This document shows positions 1-8,100 of a stretch of 64,000 nucleotides of DNA, piece by piece. The stretch lies in the IMG/VR virus record IMGVR_UViG_3300000227_000004, positions 1 to 64,000 of that record; one strand, 5' to 3'. A program made the translations under genes and the position numbers. The DNA is from an uncultured virus (IMG/VR IMGVR_UViG_3300000227_000004) (lineage: Duplodnaviria > Heunggongvirae > Uroviricota > Caudoviricetes). The notes below the pieces were generated by a model, which did no database searches, was not told the origin of the DNA, and saw nothing but the letters and a program-made list of their open reading frames with translations. Within the stretch, counting starts at the first letter, position 1, and every line of letters begins with the position of its first letter.

Positions 1-68
1 CGGAGCTGGTGCCGGAGCTGGTGCCGGAGCTGGTGCCGGAGCTGGTGCCGGAGCTGGTGCCGGAGCTG
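1..68. repeat. 12-bp tandem repeat (CGGAGCTGGTGC)n, at least 5.5 copies, encoding (PA)n on the minus strand
   Basis: Directly visible; cut by the window edge. Confidence 0.95.
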
Positions 69-624
69 TGATAGACTCCAGCCTCGTCAGTCTAGAGTTC
101 ATTTTTCGTACTTGTTGTTCAAGGCCCTCGAGGGCCTTTAAAATCTTACTTTCCATACTTTCCTCCTGTTTGTTAAGCCGCGACAAAATCGCGGCTTCAA
201 CCTGCTCCGGCATAATGCCGGGCAGAGTCTGTATTTTTCCACCGAGGAATTCGGCGGAAAGTGCCTGCCAAAGATACACTACTGGCAGGCAGGATTTGAA
301 ATTCTTTTTCAGCAGCTTTTTCAGCCGCAGACGCTCTTGCGAGCAGTCTCGGCCAAGTACATAGCTGCTGATGGCTGCGTTCAACAGCCCCGCCAAATAG
401 TCCTGTTTGGATGGGGAGATCGCAGCTGCGTTCATTTCGGCCAGGGCAGCCTCGAACAGCTGCCTCTTACTATAAACCCAGGTCGCCAGCCGAAATACCT
501 TAACGGCCTGGGTGTCCGTCAGCTTTCTGTCGTGGCTTAGCTTGGCTACGGCTTCGAGCAGAGTCTTCTCATCTGTTACACAGTCGTACCAATCGGCCAC
601 GACAGAAAGTGGCTTATCGTTCAT
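1..624 (-). CDS. Hypothetical protein, 3'-truncated by the window edge, running into a Pro-Ala repeat
   Basis: Not in the ORF track; hand translation gives ATG at 624 after SD AAGGAGGGG, open frame MNDKPLSVVADW...LESITAPAPAPA to position 1. Confidence 0.75.
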   Translation of the reverse strand, partial: MNDKPLSVVADWYDCVTDEKTLLEAVAKLSHDRKLTDTQAVKVFRLATWVYSKRQLFEAALAEMNAAAISPSKQDYLAGLLNAAISSYVLGRDCSQERLRLKKLLKKNFKSCLPVVYLWQALSAEFLGGKIQTLPGIMPEQVEAAILSRLNKQEESMESKILKALEGLEQQVRKMNSRLTRLESITAPAPAPAPAPAPAPAPAPAPAP

Positions 625-737
625 ATTCCCCTCCTTAAGGGATTAGAACTACCAGATACACCGACGATCTGGCTCGTATGTAACTCCGGGTTGCGGTGTG
701 TGGTGTTAACTCACTGCCCAGAGTGCCACGAAGAAAC

Positions 738-1184
738 TTAATTCCCCGTGGCCAAAATCTCTTCAAACTGGTGCAGGCTGGCGTGCCTGTGATGCCTCGA
801 TCTCCAATGACCCTCGCGAGTCAGGAAATTAAGCACTGCCGTTTTCGCAACAGCGTAGCACCAGTTCTCCAGGTCTCGGACTCTGCCGTCTTCGTGCACG
901 GCAGAGAGCTCTACATATCTCAGCAGAGCTTCCTGGATTGCATCTTCCCAGAACCGGCCTGGTGCTTGGCACTGGATTAATGCTGATACAGCACCCCGTT
1001 CAGTTAGTTTCACTGCGTCCTGGGTGCAATGACGCAGAAAAACTGGGCGGGCCACCAATACCTCTCGCGTATGGTAGCCCACCCAGGCCCATCCGCGATT
1101 TTTGGCCCGCCAGAGACTAGTCCGGCTAAGGCCAAAAAGATTGGGATCTTTTTGAATCTGATCCTAACTTAATCTTTTGCGCAT
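738..1184 (-). pseudogene. HTH-like segment plus ECF sigma region-2-like protein with an in-frame TAG at codon 7
   Basis: SD AAGGAGGG and ATG at 1184, TAG at 1166-1164, then open in frame with ORF 738..1082; EDAIQEALLRY...NWCYAVAKTAVLNF resembles ECF sigma region 2. Confidence 0.5.
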
Positions 1185-1212
1185 AATTACCCTCCTTTAA
1201 GGGATGCGCCTT

Positions 1213-1367
1213 GCCCGATTGGTTACGGGCTCGGAACAAAACCTCCCGGGAGAATCAATTGGAGGAGTGACTCAATCCCGGGAGTAATTTGGCAAGTCTG
1301 ATCCTAGCTAATCGTAGCTAAGTTTGAACTTGCCAAACTAGCCAAGAGGGCTTAAATAGCTCTCTTG
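1213..1367 (-). ncRNA. Candidate structured leader/ncRNA (four consecutive hairpins)
   Basis: Inverted repeats at 1213-1230, 1243-1284, 1288-1337 and 1343-1367 fill the intergenic space. Confidence 0.35.
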
Positions 1368-1409
1368 ACTACTATACTTATATCTGTTTTATGCTGCATT
1401 TTTACGGCT

Positions 1410-1440
1410 AAAAAAAGGCCTGAGTCAGCCTTTATTTTTT
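1410..1440 (-). terminator. Probable intrinsic terminator
   Basis: AAAGGC-N8-GCCTTT followed by a T run on the minus strand, at the stop of ORF 1432..1710. Confidence 0.5.
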
Positions 1441-1710
1441 GTCGTTTTCTAACATAAAAGTTATCGTCGTCAAACTCTGTTTAATCGTGTCCGTTATATT
1501 CTTAGTGTTTTTATACTCATCGAATAGATTATTTTTGGAGTAGACCTCGCCAAGCTTTATTAATAGAGACTTGTAATCTTTTTCTATCTTGCTCAGTAAT
1601 TTTCTTATTTCCGTAGTACTATCTAGGGATAGGCATTTCCCGCCTTCAGCTTTTTTTATTTCCCTAAGTTTTCTGACTGCGAAAATAGCGCCGGCTTTCA
1701 GCTCATCCAT
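1432..1710 (-). CDS. Hypothetical protein
   Basis: 92-aa Lys-rich ORF co-oriented with neighbours. Confidence 0.55.
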   Translation of the reverse strand: MDELKAGAIFAVRKLREIKKAEGGKCLSLDSTTEIRKLLSKIEKDYKSLLIKLGEVYSKNNLFDEYKNTKNITDTIKQSLTTITFMLENDKK

Positions 1711-1996
1711 ATTTGGTTTTTTTGGCTTAGCACCATAACATGCTATGTGTATTGCACTAACTAAAATCTTTAGTCGTATTGCCGTTTTTTTTTGTAAAAC
1801 ACTACTTGTTTTCGCAACTCGTCCATCTTCCTACCGTCTTCGTGCACCCGCTCTTCAAATACTGATTTTGCTGCTCTTAAAATTTCTAGTTCTGCCACGA
1901 GACGATTACCTTCTGCCTGCGCGTTTAAATTCAGCTTACGCACGACTACGCTTTTTTCTGCTTTTTCCCGTGCTGTATTTTTTCTGTTTATTTTTG

Positions 1997-2566
1997 CTAT
2001 AATTCTAGCCCTCCACTACCAGCGAAAAACATACTATCTTTGTCAATAGTCACATGACATTCGGTTTTACTCGAAGGCCACTTACGTATAAGTTCTGGTA
2101 TCCGATCGGTCATAAATATGATTTCTTGATTAGAGCTCCCGATCCACTTACGTTTATCTGGGCTTAGACTTTTGACAAATGGCCCAGCTATCAAGATATC
2201 AGACAAGCAGACACAGTTTAGTTTAGATTTGCTTTTTAATATCTCGGAGAATTCATACCCAGAATATAAAATTATGTTTATATCCGGTCTGATACTTATT
2301 AAATAGCGCAGCATTTCTGTCAAACTATGGCACTGATCTAGGGGCTCTCCACCGGCAACAGTTAGTCCATTATTTAGTTTTATATTTTCAGCAAGTTCAT
2401 GTGCTAACTTTTTATAGTGAATTTTAAGTCCGCCTCTAGTACCCTGTGCTTGCTTATTAAAGCATCCATGGCATTTAATGCTGCAGCCCTGTAGCCAAAT
2501 AGTGCTTCTTAAGCCTGGCCCCTCTACTGGGGTGTTATGTAGTATTTTATGAATTTTTAAATACAT
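1997..2566 (-). CDS. nrdG: Radical SAM protein, anaerobic ribonucleotide reductase activase (NrdG)-like
   Basis: EGPGLRSTIWLQGCSIKCHGCFN (CxxxCxxC), GGEPLDQ, YSGY, GSSNQ motifs; SD AGGAG. Confidence 0.8.
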   Translation of the reverse strand: MYLKIHKILHNTPVEGPGLRSTIWLQGCSIKCHGCFNKQAQGTRGGLKIHYKKLAHELAENIKLNNGLTVAGGEPLDQCHSLTEMLRYLISIRPDINIILYSGYEFSEILKSKSKLNCVCLSDILIAGPFVKSLSPDKRKWIGSSNQEIIFMTDRIPELIRKWPSSKTECHVTIDKDSMFFAGSGGLEL

Positions 2567-2606
2567 AAAAGCTCTCCTAATATTATTTATTGGCTTATAA
2601 CATAAT

Positions 2607-2635
2607 TTGACTTTTTATTACCTTGCTGTTATTAT
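2607..2635 (+). promoter_or_regulatory. Sigma70-type promoter TTGACT-N17-TATTAT
   Basis: Intergenic, upstream of ORF 2665; member of a repeated motif family. Confidence 0.7.
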
Positions 2636-2664
2636 GAAGCTGAGTACTAATACTGAGGCTGAGT

Positions 2665-3024
2665 ATGCAAACTAAGATCTCCAATGAGATGGAAAGATTT
2701 TTGGCTGGGCTTAGAGGACAGCATCCTAACATAGACGCAGTCTTGTCCGACCCTGGCCTATACGGTGCTATGTCTAATTACACCGGGCAGTCTCATTTGT
2801 ACGATGCAGTTGCACAAGACTTGGGACGGAATAGCCTGATTGGTGCCGGAGTTGGTGCGCTATCTGCTCCAATATTGTTTCCATTACTAGGCATGGCAAC
2901 TCCAGGCAAAGTTATGCGCCATGGGGCAGTTGCCGGGTTAGTTGCTGGGGCACTAGGGTCTGGCTTGTCTGACATTTTTAGATATTATGCTGGTAAAGGT
3001 GCTGGCGGAATAGGCGGAGAATAG
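2665..3024 (+). CDS. Gly-rich hydrophobic protein, probable virion protein
   Basis: Two GxxxG-rich hydrophobic segments; first gene after the promoter. Confidence 0.65.
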   Translation: MQTKISNEMERFLAGLRGQHPNIDAVLSDPGLYGAMSNYTGQSHLYDAVAQDLGRNSLIGAGVGALSAPILFPLLGMATPGKVMRHGAVAGLVAGALGSGLSDIFRYYAGKGAGGIGGE

Positions 3025-3029
3025 CTTTT

Positions 3030-3209
3030 ATGTTTGAATTCGTAAAACTGGCTAATTTCATATCCGAATCTGGCGGTGCAAATTTCGATTTATCCGGCCT
3101 GGAGAATCCATACCTGCCTCTCGGACTGCCTATCATTGGGGGACTTGCGATTTACGGGGCAATATCTGGCAAACGCAAATTAGAAGCAGAATTAATTAAC
3201 AAATTGTGA
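3030..3209 (+). CDS. Small membrane-segment protein (59 aa) with K-x-A motif
   Basis: Hand translation MFEFVKLANF...LGLPIIGGLAIYGAISGKRK; below ORF-track cutoff; fills the gap between genes. Confidence 0.6.
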   Translation: MFEFVKLANFISESGGANFDLSGLENPYLPLGLPIIGGLAIYGAISGKRKLEAELINKL

Positions 3210-3215
3210 TCTAAC

Positions 3216-3410
3216 ATGCGTGCTGCAGAGCTGGCCGATCAGATTACGAGAAATGCTGTGGCCAGAGAAGTATTGGCTGGGCAGGATGTTATGGGGCACA
3301 TAACAAGAATGAAGTATAGACCGGAGAACATTGCTAGGCATGCCAAAGCTACTGGCAGCTCTGCCCTTCTCAAAGTGCTTAATACTTTGAAAAATAATAA
3401 AATTCTTTAA
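3216..3410 (+). CDS. Hypothetical protein
   Basis: 64-aa ORF packed in operon. Confidence 0.55.
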   Translation: MRAAELADQITRNAVAREVLAGQDVMGHITRMKYRPENIARHAKATGSSALLKVLNTLKNNKIL

Positions 3411-3420
3411 GGAGAATCAA

Positions 3421-4440
3421 ATGATTCGGGAAAAACTAGCTAACGACATTAATACTATCGCCAGCGTAAAATTGGCCGGAGATGGCAGTATCGGAGACAT
3501 TATTGGGCGCAAAATGCATGGCACAGCAGATTGGCTGGAACCAAGAGTGCAAGCTACTGAAATGAACAGCGAGGATCTCCAGAACTCTATGATAGATCTC
3601 CGCGGCAATTTACACGACATGCGCCAGGTGCTTCCAAACGCTTTTAAGTCTTCAAGAAATAAAGCCGCTGATTTGGCGACATCTGGGTATGAGCAGATGT
3701 ATGATTTAGAAAATGCACTGAATACTCATCCAGCGCAACCGTCGCATTTGGATTTAATTAACGCCGGACTGAATGCAAGAGCCAAAGAGCGCGCCAAAGC
3801 CGAAGCCGGCCTTATGCTTCAAATGATGGATAATAATAACTTAAACAAAGATCTGTGGGATGGAAGACGCGGTGTTCGGCGTATGCCAGATCTCTGGATG
3901 CATAAACTGAAACAAGTCACTCCAGAAATCCAGGGTGGCTTAGACGAAGCTCTCATGGCCGCCGATGGTCTCCGAGGTCAAGTATCTGGTGGCCTCGAAT
4001 CAGTATTGGCCGGCATAACTGGCATGGGACGCAGATCTATTTTGAAAGATTTGGAGAACGATATGTTGACCAACCAAGACATTATGGCCGGCGGAGCTCA
4101 GAGACAGGGCGACCTAATGGATGACGAAATCGCTGCTCTGGATAAAGATACTAGGGATGCAGTGACTCTTAACCAGCGTTCGTTAGAAGATCAGATGCGC
4201 GGGGCTAACGCCGACGCAGAAACTGGTGCTGTAGTTAGAAAAATGATTTCTGACGCTGGCGGTAGCGTAAGCTCGGCCATTAAAACTTTAGTTAACAATT
4301 TCCAGAATGCATCAGACGGCAATAGAATGGCTCTAGGTGGTGCAGCTGGAATCTCGGCATTGCTACTAATGCTTAAGATGATGAAAGACCGGAAAGCCGG
4401 AAAGGCAGATATGGCGTCACTTGCTCAGGCAATAGCTTAA
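3421..4440 (+). CDS. Helical protein with C-terminal hydrophobic helix, probable virion protein
   Basis: SD AAGGAG; EKLA/VKLA motifs near N-terminus; ALGGAAGISALLLML segment. Confidence 0.75.
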   Translation: MIREKLANDINTIASVKLAGDGSIGDIIGRKMHGTADWLEPRVQATEMNSEDLQNSMIDLRGNLHDMRQVLPNAFKSSRNKAADLATSGYEQMYDLENALNTHPAQPSHLDLINAGLNARAKERAKAEAGLMLQMMDNNNLNKDLWDGRRGVRRMPDLWMHKLKQVTPEIQGGLDEALMAADGLRGQVSGGLESVLAGITGMGRRSILKDLENDMLTNQDIMAGGAQRQGDLMDDEIAALDKDTRDAVTLNQRSLEDQMRGANADAETGAVVRKMISDAGGSVSSAIKTLVNNFQNASDGNRMALGGAAGISALLLMLKMMKDRKAGKADMASLAQAIA

Positions 4441-4443
4441 TTT

Positions 4444-4482
4444 AAAAAAAAAATAGCCGGAGACTTATCTCCGGCTTTTTTT
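4444..4482. terminator. Bidirectional intrinsic terminator
   Basis: A-run, AGCCGGAGA-CTTA-TCTCCGGCT stem, T-run, between convergent genes. Confidence 0.85.
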
Positions 4483-4491
4483 ATTTAGTGC

Positions 4492-4653
4492 TTATTTATT
4501 ATTAAAAGTTATGACGGCTGCGGCCTTACAGTCGCATGTTTTTTTGTATTCCCCATCTTTTGCGATTACCGGGGCATTGCATTTGTCGCAATAACCCACA
4601 CCAGGTCCCATTCCAGCAGTTTTTTCATTAAGGCACACTCCATACTTTTCCAT
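4492..4653 (-). CDS. Small zinc-ribbon-like protein (53 aa)
   Basis: Hand translation MEKYGVCLNEKTAG...YCDKC...TCDC; SD GAGGAGGG; below ORF-track cutoff. Confidence 0.65.
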   Translation of the reverse strand: MEKYGVCLNEKTAGMGPGVGYCDKCNAPVIAKDGEYKKTCDCKAAAVITFNNK

Positions 4654-4662
4654 AATCCCTCC

Positions 4663-5007
4663 TCATCTATTCATAGTTAGAGCCTTTATTAACTTTTTAA
4701 CCAAAATATCATGCTGTTTCTTTTCTTCTTCCATTCTAGTTCTGTGCGTTAAGTACATAGCCCCGGCACCGATACTTCCACCAACCAGCCCAGATGCAAT
4801 ACCACCACCTATACCTCCGATAGTGTTTCCCGCAGCTACAATAGGCCCGATCATGCCGAGCTCGTCAACTATATTTTTTATACCNGAGCTAATCGATTTA
4901 TTTACAGGATCAATGCTCTGTTTTAGTGTTTTGGCAAATGGACTGACTAACAAATCATCCGTTAGATTTCTTAGAAATTCACTATTCAGGGCCAATTTAT
5001 CAAACAT
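4663..5007 (-). CDS. Gly-zipper protein with N-terminal DKLA motif
   Basis: SD GGAG; GGIGGGIASGLVGGSIGAGA segment; one ambiguous base at 4886. Confidence 0.7.
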   Translation of the reverse strand: MFDKLALNSEFLRNLTDDLLVSPFAKTLKQSIDPVNKSISXGIKNIVDELGMIGPIVAAGNTIGGIGGGIASGLVGGSIGAGAMYLTHRTRMEEEKKQHDILVKKLIKALTMNR

Positions 5008-5041
5008 ATATTTTCTCCAGACGGTATTCTTCTACGTTTAT

Positions 5042-5070
5042 ATGATAAGTTTAATTATACTATAAGTCAA
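5042..5070 (-). promoter_or_regulatory. Sigma70-type promoter TTGACT-N17-TATCAT
   Basis: Divergent intergenic region upstream of ORF 4663..5007. Confidence 0.7.
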
Positions 5071-5084
5071 GCGTAGGGCCGGGA

Positions 5085-5113
5085 TTGACTTATTTTGTAT
5101 TAAGCGATACTCT
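5085..5113 (+). promoter_or_regulatory. Sigma70-type promoter TTGACT-N17-TACTCT
   Basis: Immediately upstream of the RNA polymerase gene. Confidence 0.6.
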
Positions 5114-5147
5114 GTTATAGACAAACTATTTATTGGGGGCATGGAGA

Positions 5148-8100
5148 ATGTATCAGAATAGCTTAGAAAGAATGGCTGCTATTAAATCTAAAGTAGAGAC
5201 CGCCATAAAAGATAGCATTTTTCCAGTCGAGACCAACGACAGAATCTTAGACATAGAGTCCATAGACAAGCTCACGGCTAGTCAGATGTATGACCAGAGC
5301 TTCAATATTAAAAATCACTTAGATGCGAAGCTTAAGTCTAAAGATTTAGTCTCCCCAATTAAGGCTACGTTAGTGCTGCGGGACAAGAATACCGGGGACA
5401 TAATAGACCGTCGAAAAGTATCTTTAATCGATCAGCCAGTCATGACTAATCGAGGCAGCTTTATCTACGGAGGTAACGATTACCACGTAGTAAATCAGCT
5501 TAGACTTAAGCCTGGAGTTTACACTCGCGTTAAAGATAACGGCGAAGTAGAGTCGTTCTTCAATCTAAGCAAGGGCGGCAGTTCGGGCATGTCCATGTGG
5601 ATGAACCCGGAATCTGGCAAGATAAACTTTAAAATCGGGGGTAAAAATCCGAGCCTTTACTCTATCATGAAGGCCCTGGGTGTGTCCGATAAAGAAATAG
5701 AGTCTAAATGGGGCAAAGATCTTTTTGAGCTTAATAAGCTTAACGAGGTTCAATTAGAGAAAGACATTTCTAAAGTTTACCATAGTTTATATAAAAGCAA
5801 GGCCGACGCCGGTTTAGATTTAGATGGTATGAAACGTGAGATAAAGGCATTTTTTGATAACACTGAACTTGCCCCCGAAACTACCAAGATCACTCTCGGC
5901 AGAGAGTTTGATAAAATTACAGCCGATGCACTTTTAAGAACTTCAGACAAGCTTATAAAAGTATCTAAAAATGAAGAAGAGCCTGACGAACGCGACTCGT
6001 TAGTTTTTAAGAATATCATGCCTGTCGAAGAGCTTCTAGGTGCCAGGATAAATGCCAAGTCTCGTGAAGTTAAGGCCAAGATTAAAAATAATTTAAACAC
6101 GAAAGATACGATTAGCGATATCTACTCGAAAGAGTATTTAAACAAGCCCATTAGAAGCTTTCTGACACAGTCTAGCTTAAGTACTACGTCAGACCAGACG
6201 AATCCAGTTTCCATGGTTAATGCTCTCACTAGAACTACATTGATGGGGGAGGGAGGCATCTCCAGTCTAGACATAGTAACCACCGGGATGCGCGCAGTAA
6301 GTAACTCTCATTTAGGAGCCCTAGACCCATCTCAGACACCAGAGTCTAAGCGCATTGGCATAAACTTAAATCTTACTAAAGATGCATTAATCGAAGACAA
6401 AGAAATAAAAACCCCGGTTTTGAATTTAAAAACTGGTAAGACCGAATATTTATCAAACCTGGATAGATATGAAAAATACGTCGCCTTTCCGGACCAGTAC
6501 GACAGCAAAACTAAGAAATTTAACTTTGATACTGCCAGAGTTTTATATAAGGGCAAGATAGAACAGGTCCCTCATTCTAAAGTAGATTATGCAATAGAAG
6601 ATCCATCAAGTATGCTTTCGGTGGCCTCAAACATTATTCCGTTTTTTGCCGATGTTCAGGGAAACCGTGCGATGATGGCCAATAAAATGTCAGGGCAGGC
6701 TATCTCTCTAAAAAATAGAGAAGCGCCATTAGTCCAGGTAAAAAACCTTCGTGGAGACGTAGACTACGATGGTACTAAGTTAGATACTGAAGAAAAAGCG
6801 CTGGCTAGAGTTTTTTCTGTGAAGTCTCCGGTCGATGGTCAAGTACTCTCAGTAAGAGACGATTACGCCGAAATTAAGTCCGATGCTGATGGTGAAATTT
6901 TTAAAGTGTACAGATACGATTACTTTCCTCTAGCCAATAAAGCTTTCATGCATTCTGACTTTATTATTAAGCCTGGGGATAAAGTAAAGTATGGCCAAAC
7001 AATCGCCGAAGATAATTTCACTAAAGACAAGACTTTGGCTCTTGGAACAAATTTAAATATTGCGTATTTGCCATTCAAAGACAAGACATTTGAGGACGGT
7101 ATCGTTATTTCTGAAAGTGCTGCTAAAAAACTAACTAGCCAGCATTTGTACACTTACAAGACTTCCTACGGGGATGACGATAAGCTTGGAGTGAGCACCT
7201 ATATGCAACAGTTCCCATCAAGTATGACCAGTGCACAGCAGGCCAAGCTTGACGCTAATGGCGTTATTAAACAAGGTGAGATTGTTGAGCCCGGCGATAC
7301 TTTAGTTGCGCTGTTGCATTATAGGGAACCCTCGGAGTCAGACATAGCACTGGGTCGATTATCCAAGACACTCATAACCAAGTATATTGACGGAGGGGTT
7401 AAATACGATCATGACACTGTCGGTAAAGTAGTTCGAGTTACACATTCCAACGGTGAAATAGGAGTATATGTATCGACGGAAACTCCAGCAGTGGATGGTG
7501 ACAAGCTAGTAGGCCGATATGGCAATAAAGGCGTAATTACAGGCATTTTGCCCGACGAAGAAATGCCAGTATCTGAGACAGGGATACGATCGGATCTCTT
7601 GATGGCGCCGTATGGCGTCCCCGGCCGCATTAACGTTGGTCAAATATACGAGCCCATTGCAGGCAAGGCCGCACTGAAAAAAGGCTCTCCTATAAAGATT
7701 ACTAACTTCGACACAAATATTAAATCTAACAAGGCTATCGAAGCGTTGGCTAACGAATACGGTGTTAAACCCTCAGAAAAAATGTATGATCCTAAAACAG
7801 GGCGGCTTTTAGCTGAGACGACCGTAGGTCCTGCTTATATCTATAAACTCACACATACTGTCGAGAAGAAGCAGGCCTCTAGAGGCCCGTATGCCGCCTA
7901 CAACTCTGATGAACAGCCGGCAAAAACTGGCAGTACTTCCGCTAGAGCCATGGATAGGCTAACCTGGAATGCCATGATTGCGCACGGTGCTCGTGAAAAC
8001 CTACGAGAAGCCGCTACATATAAAGCCAATAAAAACTCGGAGCTTTGGAACAAAATACGGTTGGGGCTGCCCTTACCGGCCCCTCAAACTCCGTTTGCGA

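Noticed and set aside
1..68. Tandem repeats (also 48998-49086) as CRISPR or RT-associated arrays
   Set aside because: No spacers; unit lengths are multiples of 3 and encode low-complexity linkers inside ORFs.
1164..1166. Genome-wide TAG recoding
   Set aside because: Very long ORFs are intact under the standard code and TAG ends genes in tightly packed operons (for example 16990, 23514, 31392).
1760..1990. Possible small minus-strand ORF (VRKLNLNAQAEGNRL...) and the plus-strand ORF 1745..2002
   Set aside because: No clear start or SD for the minus frame, and the plus ORF looks like a T-rich shadow; not supportable.
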